This document shows positions 8,319 through 17,196 of a stretch of 37,211 nucleotides of DNA, in pieces. Every line of letters begins with the position of its first letter. The stretch's first letter is position 1. The DNA comes from an uncultured bacterium (GTDB taxonomy: Bacteria; Eisenbacteria; RBG-16-71-46): the NCBI GenBank assembly GCA_902826705.1, contig CADEFY010000002.1:1-37211 (forward strand), read 5' to 3'. The notes below the pieces were generated by a model. It did not search any database and was not told where the DNA came from. It saw only the letters and a program-made list of their open reading frames with translations. A program made the translations under genes and the position numbers.

Positions 8319-10145
8319 ATGGATCGTCGCACTCTGATCGCCATGCTCGTGATCCTGCTGCTGTTCGTGGGATTCGAGATCGGCCGCCAGCGCGAGCTGG
8401 CCCTGGCCCCCAAGCCCACCGCCGACTCCCTCGCCACGCTCGCCGACAGCGCTCGTGCGCTGGCGGCGCCGGGCACTCTCGCGGATGCGGGTGACACCGC
8501 CGCCTCGCTCGCCGCACCCCCGGTGGCCACGATCGCCACGCCCGCAGTGCCGGAGCGCGAGATCGTGGTGGAGACGCCGCTCTATCGCGCCACCTTCAGC
8601 AACCGTGGCGCGCGGCTCGTGCGCTACGAGCTCAAGCGCTATGCCGCGGCGCACGGCGTGTCGTCGTACGGGGACCACCCTGCGCGCCGCCCGCGCCGTG
8701 GCGCCGAGGTGCCCGAGGGCGACCGCGTGCAGCTCTCCGGCGATCCCACGTTCGCACTCGAGCTCGGCTCGGCGAGCACGCGCCGCCCGCTCGACCAGCT
8801 GGTCTACGCCGTCGAGGAGAGCACCGATGCGTTCGGCGCGATCCGCGCGCTCCGCTTCAGTGCGCGCGACACCTCGGGGCTCGCCGTGGAGCAGGTGTGG
8901 CGTGTGACCGAGCAGGACCATCTGCTGTCGCTCTCGGTGCGCATGCCGTCCGTGCCGCAGGCATGGCGCCTGACCGACTACTCGCTGATCACGCGCTCCT
9001 GGCCGCTGCTCAACGAGGCGGACCCGGAGGTGGACAAGCGCTCGCTGCGCGCGATCGGCCTCGTGGGCAAGAACATGCATCGCGACCACGCTCCGGGCCT
9101 GGTGGGCAAGCCCGAGAAGGCGCACGACGGCGTGGCGCGCTGGGCGGGCGTGCAGTCGCACTACTTCCTCAACCTCGTGGCGAGCGTGGGGCGTGAGGCG
9201 CGCAGTGCCACCAGTGCGGGCGCGCGGCGCACCCTGACGCCCGAGCAGCTCGAGCGGCTGCCGGCCGGCACGCCCAGCACGCAGGACCTGGCCATCGGCG
9301 CGCTGGTGATGCCGCTGCCCGATGGGTCCGAGACGCATCACTTCGCCGTGTACCTGGGCCCCGCGGACTACTTCGCGCTCACCCGGCTCTCGGCCGCGAT
9401 CGACCCCGAGCTGCACCTGGAGCGGGCGGTCGACATGGGCTGGCAGTGGATCGTGCCGGTCTCGAACCTGCTGCTCCGGCTGCTGCTGTGGCTCGACGGC
9501 CTCGTGCGCAACTTCGGCGTGGCGATCCTGGCGCTGGCCACCGTGGTGCGCCTGGTGCTGCACCCGCTCAACATGGCGAGCATGAAGTCGATGCGCGGCC
9601 TGCAGAAGGTGCAGCCCGAGGTCGAGCGCATCCGAGACAAGTACAAGAACGACCCGCAGGCGATGAACACGGCGATCATGGCGCTCTACCGTGATCACAA
9701 GGTGAACCCTGCGGGCGGCTGCGTGCCGATGCTGGCGCAGATGCCGTTGTTCTTCGCGCTCTACGCGGTGCTGTTCAACGCGATCGCGCTGCGTCAGGCG
9801 CCGTTCGCGGGCTGGATCCACGACCTCTCGGCACCCGATCTGCTCTTCCAGATCGGTCCCGCGCCGATCCGCCTGCTGCCGATCCTCATGGCGGGCTCCG
9901 GGCTGCTCTCGCAGTGGCTCACGCCCACCGATCCCAAGCAGGCGCCCACCATGTATCTGATGAACGTGGTGATGCTCGTCTTCTTCTACAACCTGCCGTC
10001 CGGACTGGTGTTCTACTGGACGGTGATGAACCTCTTCACCGCGCTGCAGCAGTGGATGGTCATGCGCGGTGACGACGGGGTGGTGGTCGTCACCCCGGGC
10101 TCGCCGGTCCCCGCGACGGCAGGAGGCAAGCGCAAGCGCCGCTGA
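8319..10145 (+). CDS. yidC: membrane protein insertase YidC
   Basis: 608 aa with an N-terminal TM, a large periplasmic domain and the conserved C-terminal 60 kDa insertase core (NFGVAILALATVVRLVLHPLN...PAGGCVPMLAQMPLFFALY...FYWTVMNLFTALQQ). Confidence 0.95.
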   Translation: MDRRTLIAMLVILLLFVGFEIGRQRELALAPKPTADSLATLADSARALAAPGTLADAGDTAASLAAPPVATIATPAVPEREIVVETPLYRATFSNRGARLVRYELKRYAAAHGVSSYGDHPARRPRRGAEVPEGDRVQLSGDPTFALELGSASTRRPLDQLVYAVEESTDAFGAIRALRFSARDTSGLAVEQVWRVTEQDHLLSLSVRMPSVPQAWRLTDYSLITRSWPLLNEADPEVDKRSLRAIGLVGKNMHRDHAPGLVGKPEKAHDGVARWAGVQSHYFLNLVASVGREARSATSAGARRTLTPEQLERLPAGTPSTQDLAIGALVMPLPDGSETHHFAVYLGPADYFALTRLSAAIDPELHLERAVDMGWQWIVPVSNLLLRLLLWLDGLVRNFGVAILALATVVRLVLHPLNMASMKSMRGLQKVQPEVERIRDKYKNDPQAMNTAIMALYRDHKVNPAGGCVPMLAQMPLFFALYAVLFNAIALRQAPFAGWIHDLSAPDLLFQIGPAPIRLLPILMAGSGLLSQWLTPTDPKQAPTMYLMNVVMLVFFYNLPSGLVFYWTVMNLFTALQQWMVMRGDDGVVVVTPGSPVPATAGGKRKRR

Positions 10146-10371
10146 TCCGGACGCCTGCAGACCCTTCACCGTGGCGGACGGGGCCGCGGCAGAAGTAGCA
10201 TCGCCCGTCACCCTGCAGCACTCCGTCCCCGCGCCGCGACTGCGCGCCGGCGGCTCGCACGACCCTCGGGGCGGCGAGCGCCGCGCTGCCGATGCGCGAA
10301 CGGAGCCCACCATCAGCACCGTCTGCGCGGCGCGCGTGAAGCGCGCGCTGACGCGGCGACATGAGGCACCC

Positions 10372-11898
10372 ATGGCGAAGACCGGTTCCGTGTATGAAGG
10401 CAGGACGTTCGAGGAAGCCGCACAGCGAGGGCTCGAGGAGCTTCGCCTCTCGCGTGCGGAGGCGGTGATCACGCTGATCGAGGAGGGCAAGGGCGGCTTC
10501 CTCGGCTTCGGCGCCAAGCCGTTCCGAGTGAGCGTGCTGCGCCGTCCGGGCGGCGCGATCCGCGAGCCCGAGCACCGCGAGGAGCGGCGCGTGAAGCCGA
10601 CGCGCGGCTCGGAGCGTGGCGGCCGCGCGGGCCGCGGCGGTCGGGACGAGCGGCGCGAGTCGGGTGGCCGGGACCGCGATCGCGGCCGGCGCGACAAGCG
10701 CGAGGACCGCAAGGACGAGGGGCGCGGCAAGCCGGCCGGAGAGCCTGTCGAGGTCGCCGCGCGCGCCGAGAAGAGCGAGCGGGGCGAACGCAGCGAGCGT
10801 GGCGGTCGCCGACGCGAGGGCCGTGAGGGTCGCGAGGCCCGCGAGCCGCGTGAGGGTCGCGAGCCCCGTGAGGAGCGTCGCCCACGCCCCCAGACGGTGG
10901 CGCCGCTCGATGGCCCGCCTCCGGCCGTGACTGCGCCGGTGCCGGCTCCGGTGGCGGCCTCGGCCGACGAGGATGGGGAGGATGACGCGAGCAAGCGCCG
11001 CCGCCGCCGTGGGCGTCGTGGTGGCCGTGGCCGACGTCGGGGAGAGCGCCCCGAGGGAGGGGTGGCGACGCTCGAGCACCTCAACGGCGCCGAGTCGCAC
11101 GAGTCCGAGATGGACGACGACGCGGTCCCGTCGAGCTTCGTGGCCCCGCCGCCGGCACCCGCCTACGCGGCGCCCGCCCTCGCGGCACCGGTGGCGGAGT
11201 CGCGTGAGCCGGACTTCGAGCACGAGCCCGTCTCGGTGGCGCCGGCCGCTCCGGACCACGCCGGGTTCGACCGTGGCGAGCGCCGCGAGCGCCCGAGCCG
11301 CGGCGGACGGGGGGACCGCGGCGACCGTGGCGGTCGCGACCGGCGCGAGCGGGGCGACCGCGGCGACCGCGGCGAGCGAGTCACCACCTACACCACGCCG
11401 GAGCTGACGCCGGCTGAACTCGAGGCGCAGGCGATCAAGCTCACCGATGAGCTGCTGCGCGTGATGGGCTTCGAGCCCACCGTGACCGCTCGGGCCGAGG
11501 GCACGCGCGTCGAGGTCATGATCGAGGTCGCCAAGGACGACGAGCTGCTCACGGGCCACCGTGGCGAGACGCGCCAGGCGCTGCAGCAGTTGCTCAACCG
11601 CTATGTGAACCGTGGCGAGGGCAATCGCTACTACCTGCAGCTCGAGGTCAACGACTTCTGGCAGCAGCGCGAGGGCGAGCTGGCCGAGCTGGCGGGCAAG
11701 CTGGCCGATGAGGCGGTGGAGAAGCAGGTCGAGGTCGTGACCGACTACCTCAACTCGCAGGAGCGCCGTATCGTGCACGTGACGCTCAAGGAGGACGCGC
11801 GCGTGCGCACCTACGCGCTCGGCACCGGCATGATCAAACGCGTCGCCATCGCTCCCGCCAGCTTCCCGGAACGCACGGGAGACGAAGCGGACGACTGA
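10372..11898 (+). CDS. jag: Jag/KhpB-type RNA-binding protein (Jag_N + KH + R3H) with a long disordered insert
   Basis: Track ORF 10069..11898. Preferred start is ATG 10372 with GAGG 5 nt upstream. Jag_N is MAKTGSVYEGRTFEEAAQRGLEELRLSRAEAVITLIEEGKGGFLGFGAKPFRV. The C-terminal KH/R3H part is LTDELLRVMGF...GHRGETRQALQQLLN...LNSQERRIVHVTLKED. It lies in the conserved position after yidC. Confidence 0.85.
   Translation: MAKTGSVYEGRTFEEAAQRGLEELRLSRAEAVITLIEEGKGGFLGFGAKPFRVSVLRRPGGAIREPEHREERRVKPTRGSERGGRAGRGGRDERRESGGRDRDRGRRDKREDRKDEGRGKPAGEPVEVAARAEKSERGERSERGGRRREGREGREAREPREGREPREERRPRPQTVAPLDGPPPAVTAPVPAPVAASADEDGEDDASKRRRRRGRRGGRGRRRGERPEGGVATLEHLNGAESHESEMDDDAVPSSFVAPPPAPAYAAPALAAPVAESREPDFEHEPVSVAPAAPDHAGFDRGERRERPSRGGRGDRGDRGGRDRRERGDRGDRGERVTTYTTPELTPAELEAQAIKLTDELLRVMGFEPTVTARAEGTRVEVMIEVAKDDELLTGHRGETRQALQQLLNRYVNRGEGNRYYLQLEVNDFWQQREGELAELAGKLADEAVEKQVEVVTDYLNSQERRIVHVTLKEDARVRTYALGTGMIKRVAIAPASFPERTGDEADD
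10540..11380 (+). repeat. low-complexity Arg/Gly/Glu/Asp-rich coding repeats inside jag
   Basis: Imperfect DNA-level tandem units, e.g. cgtgagggtcgcgag twice near 10822-10862 and ggcgaccgcggcgaccg twice near 11300-11370. They encode REGREAREPREGREPREE and GDRGDRGGRDRRERGDRGDRGER. Confidence 0.8.
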
Positions 11899-11922
11899 GC
11901 CGAGCCCTCCACGATCCACCCC

Positions 11923-11964
11923 GCGCGCCGGGCTCGCGACCTCGTGAGCCCGGCGCGCTGCTTT
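11923..11964 (+). terminator. intrinsic-terminator-like hairpin after jag
   Basis: Perfect 13-bp stem: GCGCGCCGGGCTC (11923-11935) with GAGCCCGGCGCGC (11946-11958). The loop is 10 nt and TGCTTT follows. Confidence 0.45.
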
Positions 11965-11974
11965 CGGGAGCCCC

Positions 11975-13363
11975 GTGTCCCTGCCCGCCTTCGACGACAC
12001 CATCGCCGCCATCGCGACCGCTCCCGGGGACTCGGGCCTGGCGGTCGTGCGCGTGAGCGGCGCCGGGGCGCTGGCGTGCGCCGCGCGCGTGTTCGAGGGC
12101 GCGCCGCTCGAGTCTGCACTCAGTCACACGCTCCATCATGGTTGGGCGCGCGGGCCGGCCGAGGGTGCGCCGCGGCTCGATGAGGTGGTGGCCGCGGTGT
12201 TCCGCGCGCCGCGCTCGTACACGCGCGAGGACGTGGTCGAGTTCTCCTGCCACGGGGGGCGGCTGCCCGCTCGGCGCCTGCTCGCGGCGCTGCTCGGGGC
12301 GGGCGCACGGCTGGCGACCCCGGGGGAGTTCACGCTGCGTGCGTTCCTGCGCGGCCGGCTCGACCTGGCGCAGGCCGAGGCGGTCGCCGACCTGATCCAT
12401 GCCGAGACCGAGCGCGCCGCGGACCTGGCGCTGGCGCAGCTCTCGGGCGCGCTCTCCAAGGAGCTGCACGCGATCACCGAGCGGGTCCGGGACGCGCTGG
12501 CCGAGACCGAGGCGCGCGTCGACTTCGCCGAGGACGTGGGCGGTGTCGAGGTGCCGCCGCACGTGCGCGAGGCGATCGCGTCCGCGGCGGCGCAGCTCGA
12601 GGCCATGCTGGCGGGCAGCGCGTTCGCGCGCGCCGTGCGCGAGGGCGTGCACGTGCCGCTCGTCGGCCGGCCCAACGCCGGCAAGTCGTCGCTGTTCAAT
12701 GCGCTGCTCGGCGAGGCGCGCGCGATCGTGACCGACGTGCCCGGCACCACGCGCGACCGCGTGAGCGAGCCGCTCGAGCTGGCCGGCGTGCGCGTGACGC
12801 TGTCCGACACGGCCGGGGTGCGCGAGGCAGCCGACGCGATCGAGGCCGAGGGCGTCGAGCGCGCGCTGGCGTCCCTGGCGAGCGCGGCCTGTGTGCTGTG
12901 GGTGGTCGATGCCTCGCGAGCGCTCACCTCCGAGGACCATGCGCTCGCCGCACGCTTCGGCGCGGCGCGCGTGCTCGTGGCACTCAACCAGTCCGACCGG
13001 CCGGGTGTGACACGCGCGTCCGAGGTCGAGGCGCTCCTGCCCACCGCGCTCACGTGCGTGCCGGTGAGTGCGGTCACCGGCGCCGGGGTGGATGCGCTGC
13101 GCGAGGCGCTGGCGCGGCAGCTCGGCGGACCCGAGAGCGCCTCGCTGGCCGGAGCGGTGGCCAATGCGCGACACGCCGAGGCGTTGACACGCGCAGCCGG
13201 CGCGCTGCGCCGCGCGGGGGGCGCGGCCCAGGAGGGGGCGCCGGGGGAGATCGTGGCGCTGGAGTTGCGCGAGGCGCTCGCCGCCGCCGGCGAGGTGACG
13301 GGCGAGACGCTGGGCGAGGACCTGCTGGAGCGCATCTTCGCGCGCTTCTGCATCGGCAAGTGA
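11975..13363 (+). CDS. mnmE: tRNA modification GTPase MnmE
   Basis: The GTG start is preceded by GGGAG. N-terminus DTIAAIATAPGDSGLAVVRVSG, G-domain GRPNAGKSSLFNAL...DTAG, and the C-terminal CIGK motif. Confidence 0.95.
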   Translation: MSLPAFDDTIAAIATAPGDSGLAVVRVSGAGALACAARVFEGAPLESALSHTLHHGWARGPAEGAPRLDEVVAAVFRAPRSYTREDVVEFSCHGGRLPARRLLAALLGAGARLATPGEFTLRAFLRGRLDLAQAEAVADLIHAETERAADLALAQLSGALSKELHAITERVRDALAETEARVDFAEDVGGVEVPPHVREAIASAAAQLEAMLAGSAFARAVREGVHVPLVGRPNAGKSSLFNALLGEARAIVTDVPGTTRDRVSEPLELAGVRVTLSDTAGVREAADAIEAEGVERALASLASAACVLWVVDASRALTSEDHALAARFGAARVLVALNQSDRPGVTRASEVEALLPTALTCVPVSAVTGAGVDALREALARQLGGPESASLAGAVANARHAEALTRAAGALRRAGGAAQEGAPGEIVALELREALAAAGEVTGETLGEDLLERIFARFCIGK

Positions 13364-13398
13364 TCCCGCCACTGCCTCAGGCGCCGCGTGCGCTCGAC

Positions 13399-15288
13399 AT
13401 GGGCCCCGCGCCCGGGGTGCCGACGCATGCGCTCCCGCTCGATGCCGCCGCCGCCGCGAGCCGCGCGGGGCGGTTCGACGTGGTGGTGGTGGGGGCGGGT
13501 CACGCCGGTTGCGAGGCGGCGCACGCCGCGGCGCGCATGGGCCTGTCGGTGGCGCTCGTCACCGTGCAGGTGGGGGACACGGCCAAGATGTCGTGCAATC
13601 CCGCGATCGGTGGCGTGGCGAAGGGCCACATGGTGCGCGAGCTCGATGCGCTCGGCGGGCTGATGGGGCGCATCACGGATCGTGCGGGCATCCAGTTCAA
13701 GGTGCTCAACCGCGGACGCGGTCCGGCGGTGTGGTCGCCGCGCGCGCAGTGCGACAAGCGCGCCTACTCGGCGGCGATGCTCGACGTCCTGGCCGCGACG
13801 CCGGGCCTGCAGTTCGTGGCCGGCACGGCGGAGCGCGTGCGGCTCGATGCCGCGGGGCGAGTCGCAGGGCTCGAGCTCTCGGACGGCCGCGTGCTCGAGT
13901 CGCGCGCCGTCGTGATCACGCCGGGCACGTTCCTGGACGGAGTGATGCACATCGGGGAGCAGCGCGTCGCGGGCGGCCGGATCGGCGAGCACGCGGCGCT
14001 CGCGCTGAGCCGCTGTCTCGGCGCCCTGGGGCTTGAGCGCGGCCGGCTCAAGACCGGCACGCCGCCCCGCTTGCATCGGGACAGCGTGGAGACGGCCGCG
14101 TGCACCGAGGCGCCGGGCGACGAGCCGCCACGGCCGTTCTCGCACTGGACGGAGTCGCTCACGCTGACGCAGGTGCTGTGCTGGTCCACCCACACCACGG
14201 CCGAGACCCACGCCGTGATCCGCGACAACCTGTCGCGCTCCCCGCTCTACTCCGGCGACATCCGCGGGGTGGGACCGCGCTACTGCCCCTCGCTCGAGGA
14301 CAAGGTGGTCAAGTTCCCCGAGCGGCTCTCGCACCATCTGTTCCTCGAGCCCGAGGGCCGCGAGGTGGACGAGATCTACGTGAACGGCGTCTCGACGAGC
14401 ATGCCCGCCGACGTGCAGTGGGCCTTCCTGCGCACGATCCCCGGCCTCGAGCGCTGCGAGATGCTGCGCCCGGGCTATGCCGTGGAGTACGACTTCGTGC
14501 TGCCGCATCAGCTGGACCCCACACTGCAGGCCAGGCGCACCCCCGGGCTGTGGTTGGCGGGGCAGATCTGCGGCACGTCGGGCTACGAGGAGGCGGCCGC
14601 GCAGGGGTTCGTGGCGGGCGTGAACGCGGCGCGCACCGTGCGTGGGGAGTCGCCGTGGGTGCTGCGCCGCGACGAGGCCTACATCGGCGTGCTGGTGGAC
14701 GACCTCGTCACGCGCGAGCACCGCGAGCCCTACCGCATGTTCACCTCGGCCGCCGAGCACCGCCTGCTGCTGCGCGCGGACAATGCCGACGAGCGCCTTG
14801 CAGCGGCGGGACATGCCCTGGGCCTGATCACCGACGCGCAGCGTGAGCGGGTGCGCGCACGCTACGCCGACATCGCCGCCGAGGAGTCGCGGCTCGCGCG
14901 CGTGCAGGTGCGCCCCGTCGGCGAGGTCGCGCGTTCCGGCGTGACCGCGCGCGACTGGCTCGCGCGTCCGCAGAGCGCGTACGCCGCGCTCCCCGCGCTC
15001 GGCGTCGCCACCGCGCTCGCCGAACCCGAGGCCGAGGCGCTCGAGGTGCGCGTCAAGTACCACGGCTACATCGAGCGCCAGCGCCGCACGGCCGCGCAGG
15101 CCACAGCGGCCGAGTCGCTGCGGCTGCCCGTCGCGCTCTGGGACACCGACCTGCGCGGGGTGTCCCACGAGGCGGCCGAGAAGCTGCGCCGGTGGCGCCC
15201 GGAGACGCTGGGTCAGGCGGGGAGGATCGCGGGCGTGTCCCCCGCCGACCTCGCGATCCTGGCCGTCCTACGTGCTCGGAAGATCTGA
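13399..15288 (+). CDS. mnmG: tRNA uridine 5-carboxymethylaminomethyl modification enzyme MnmG (GidA)
   Basis: In-frame ATG 13399 within track ORF 12898..15288. FAD fold FDVVVVGAGHAGCEAA and the conserved NPAIGGVAKGHMVRELDALGG. About 629 aa. Confidence 0.95.
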   Translation: MGPAPGVPTHALPLDAAAAASRAGRFDVVVVGAGHAGCEAAHAAARMGLSVALVTVQVGDTAKMSCNPAIGGVAKGHMVRELDALGGLMGRITDRAGIQFKVLNRGRGPAVWSPRAQCDKRAYSAAMLDVLAATPGLQFVAGTAERVRLDAAGRVAGLELSDGRVLESRAVVITPGTFLDGVMHIGEQRVAGGRIGEHAALALSRCLGALGLERGRLKTGTPPRLHRDSVETAACTEAPGDEPPRPFSHWTESLTLTQVLCWSTHTTAETHAVIRDNLSRSPLYSGDIRGVGPRYCPSLEDKVVKFPERLSHHLFLEPEGREVDEIYVNGVSTSMPADVQWAFLRTIPGLERCEMLRPGYAVEYDFVLPHQLDPTLQARRTPGLWLAGQICGTSGYEEAAAQGFVAGVNAARTVRGESPWVLRRDEAYIGVLVDDLVTREHREPYRMFTSAAEHRLLLRADNADERLAAAGHALGLITDAQRERVRARYADIAAEESRLARVQVRPVGEVARSGVTARDWLARPQSAYAALPALGVATALAEPEAEALEVRVKYHGYIERQRRTAAQATAAESLRLPVALWDTDLRGVSHEAAEKLRRWRPETLGQAGRIAGVSPADLAILAVLRARKI

Positions 15289-15380
15289 CTCGAGCCTCGG
15301 GACAAGCACTTCCGCGACTCCTGCTCACGCAGCGCCAATCACTTACGGAGCCGCTCCGCTCGAAGTCAGATCTTCGGAGC
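15274..15380 (+). other. long-range imperfect inverted repeat spanning the mnmG stop codon and the mnmG-rsmG spacer
   Basis: gctcggaagatctgactcgagc (15274-15295) pairs with gctcgaagtcagatcttcggagc (15358-15380). That is 21 bp in total: 4 bp, one mismatch, 12 perfect bp, a 1-nt bulge, then 5 bp. It encloses a 62-nt, relatively AT-rich loop. Confidence 0.5.
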
Positions 15381-15418
15381 ACCACCCCCCGGCCGTGCGG
15401 GATGGTGGGGGAACCGCT

Positions 15419-16225
15419 ATGGTGTGCCGCATGATGCGACCCCGCAGGCCCTCGGCCGGACGCGCCCCCGTGCGCACGCAGCGCCAGGCGCCCGATCCGC
15501 GGCGCGCGCGCGTGGATCCCGGTGTGCTGGTGGCGCGTCAGCGCTGGAGTCTGATCGAGCCGTTCGTGCCGGGCGATGCGGCCGCGCGCTCCGCTTCGAT
15601 GCAACGGCTGCGCGAGTACGGCCGCATGCTGCTCGAGTGGAATCAGGGCGTCTCCAATCTGATCTCGCGGCATGACGAGATGCGTCTGGTCGAGCGCCAC
15701 CTGCGCGAGTCGATCGAGCCGGCACAGATCCTCGCCGCCTCGGGCTGCCGGCGATTCGTGGATCTGGGCTCGGGCGCCGGTCTGCCTGCCATCCCCCTGC
15801 TGCTCTGCGGCGTGGGGGAGCACTGGGCCGCCATCGAGTCGCGTCGGAACAAGACGTTGTTCATGCGCAAGGCCAAGCAGGATATGGAGTTGAGCAACCT
15901 CGATGTGATCACGGGCCGGCTCGAGCGGCTGTTGGGGGCTCCGGCAGGGGACGACGACGCGGCGGAGTACGAGCTCGAGGCCGTGTCGGCGGATCGTCTG
16001 CGCGGCGACGGGTTCACCTCGCGCGCGACCATGACGCTCGGGCCCACGTTGGCGCTCGCGGCCCAGGTCATCTCGACCGGCGGGCGCGCGTTCCTCTGGA
16101 AGGGCAGCAGCCATGAGGAGGAACGGGAGAAGGGCCGGGCGGATTGGACGCCGAGCTGGCGGTTCGAAGCCGCCCACCCGATCGGCGATGGCCCCACATT
16201 CCTCTGCGTATTCGAAAGGAACTGA
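15419..16225 (+). CDS. rsmG: 16S rRNA (guanine527-N7)-methyltransferase RsmG (GidB)
   Basis: Track ORF 15272..16225. The start is uncertain: ATG 15419, 15431 or 15434. The conserved core is LLEWNQGVSNLISRHDEMRLVERHLRESIE...FVDLGSGAGLPAIPL. It lies after mnmG. Confidence 0.85.
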   Translation: MVCRMMRPRRPSAGRAPVRTQRQAPDPRRARVDPGVLVARQRWSLIEPFVPGDAAARSASMQRLREYGRMLLEWNQGVSNLISRHDEMRLVERHLRESIEPAQILAASGCRRFVDLGSGAGLPAIPLLLCGVGEHWAAIESRRNKTLFMRKAKQDMELSNLDVITGRLERLLGAPAGDDDAAEYELEAVSADRLRGDGFTSRATMTLGPTLALAAQVISTGGRAFLWKGSSHEEEREKGRADWTPSWRFEAAHPIGDGPTFLCVFERN

Positions 16226-16251
16226 GCAGGTTCACTTGATTCGCGGCGGCG

Positions 16252-16267
16252 AGTTCCACGTGGAACA
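16252..16267. promoter_or_regulatory. parS-like centromere site 1 (aGTTCCACGTGGAACa)
   Basis: Perfect 14-bp palindrome GTTCCACGTGGAAC in the rsmG-parA spacer. It matches the widespread parS consensus tGTTNCACGTGAAACa at nearly all positions. Confidence 0.8.
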
Positions 16268-16273
16268 ACGCGC

Positions 16274-16303
16274 TTGAGACACGCTGGGGGCCGCTGGTAT
16301 GGT
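16274..16303 (+). promoter_or_regulatory. possible sigma-70 promoter of parAB
   Basis: TTGAGA (16274-16279), an 18-nt spacer, then TATGGT (16298-16303). The -10 lies in the loop of an 8-bp hairpin (GGGGCCGC 16287-16294 with GCGGCCCC 16304-16311). That hairpin could instead be an rsmG terminator. Confidence 0.3.
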
Positions 16304-16434
16304 GCGGCCCCGCCGCGAGTGCGATCCCGCACTCACGCGCACCGACCGCCACACCGCGCGGCCCCCCGACCCGATCGGGCCGGCCGCCTCCTCCCCCCGC
16401 CGCGCCGGAGTCGCGCGTGCCAGAGAGTCAGGGA

Positions 16435-17196
16435 ATGGGACGCATCATCTCGATCGCCAGCCAGAAGGGCGGCGTGGGCAAGACCACCACGAGCATCAAC
16501 CTCGGCGCATGTCTGGCGCAGGAGGGCAAGCGGGTGCTCCTCGTGGACATCGACCCGCAGGGCAACTGCACGAGCGGTGTCGGCATCAACGGCAATGACC
16601 AGCGCCTCACCATCTACGAGGTCCTGATCGGCCAGGCGGAGGTGGAGCAGGCGATCCTGCCGACCGCGCTCTCCACGCTCGACGTGCTGCCGGCCGGGCA
16701 ACGGCTCTCGGGCGCCGAGGTCGAGCTCGTGGGGATGATGGCGCGCGAGACGAAGCTCAAGGCTGCGCTCGCTCGGGTGCGCGACCGCTACGACTACGTG
16801 CTCATCGACAGTCCGCCGTCGCTCGGGCTGCTCACGGTGAACTCGCTCACCGCCTCCGACTCGGTGATCATCCCGCTCCAGTGCGAGTATCTGGCCCTCG
16901 AGGGGCTCACCCAGTTGATCAGCGCGATCCGGCTGGTGCAGGACCACCTCAATCCCGCCTTGCGCATCGAGGGCGTGCTGCTCACCATGTTCGATGCGCG
17001 ACTGAGTCTGTCCAAGCAGGTGGCGGACGAGGCCAGGAAGTTCTTCGCCGATCGGGTCTACAAGACGGTCATCCCCCGCAACGTGCGTCTGAGCGAGGCT
17101 CCCTCGTTCGGCAAACCCATCGTGCTCTACGATCCGCATTCCAGTGGCGCGGACAGCTACCGCGATCTGGCTCGGGAGGTACTCGAACATGAGTAG
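16435..17196 (+). CDS. parA: chromosome partitioning ATPase ParA/Soj
   Basis: MGRIISIASQKGGVGKTTTSINLGA carries the deviant Walker A, and DYVLIDSPPSLG follows. The alternative GTG start at 16417 would add 6 aa. Confidence 0.95.
   Translation: MGRIISIASQKGGVGKTTTSINLGACLAQEGKRVLLVDIDPQGNCTSGVGINGNDQRLTIYEVLIGQAEVEQAILPTALSTLDVLPAGQRLSGAEVELVGMMARETKLKAALARVRDRYDYVLIDSPPSLGLLTVNSLTASDSVIIPLQCEYLALEGLTQLISAIRLVQDHLNPALRIEGVLLTMFDARLSLSKQVADEARKFFADRVYKTVIPRNVRLSEAPSFGKPIVLYDPHSSGADSYRDLAREVLEHE

Noticed and set aside
8220-11084. 954-aa minus-strand ORF, and the similar 10090..12012 minus-strand ORF, opposite yidC and jag
   Set aside because: These are shadow ORFs typical of high-GC DNA. They are Arg/Ser/Pro/Ala-rich with no recognisable domains. 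They lie antisense to genes with unambiguous conserved motifs.
12136-15168. 1010-aa minus-strand ORF opposite mnmE/mnmG, and 11834..13372 minus strand
   Set aside because: Same reasoning as above: antisense to strongly conserved mnmE and mnmG, with low-complexity Arg/Ala-rich translations.
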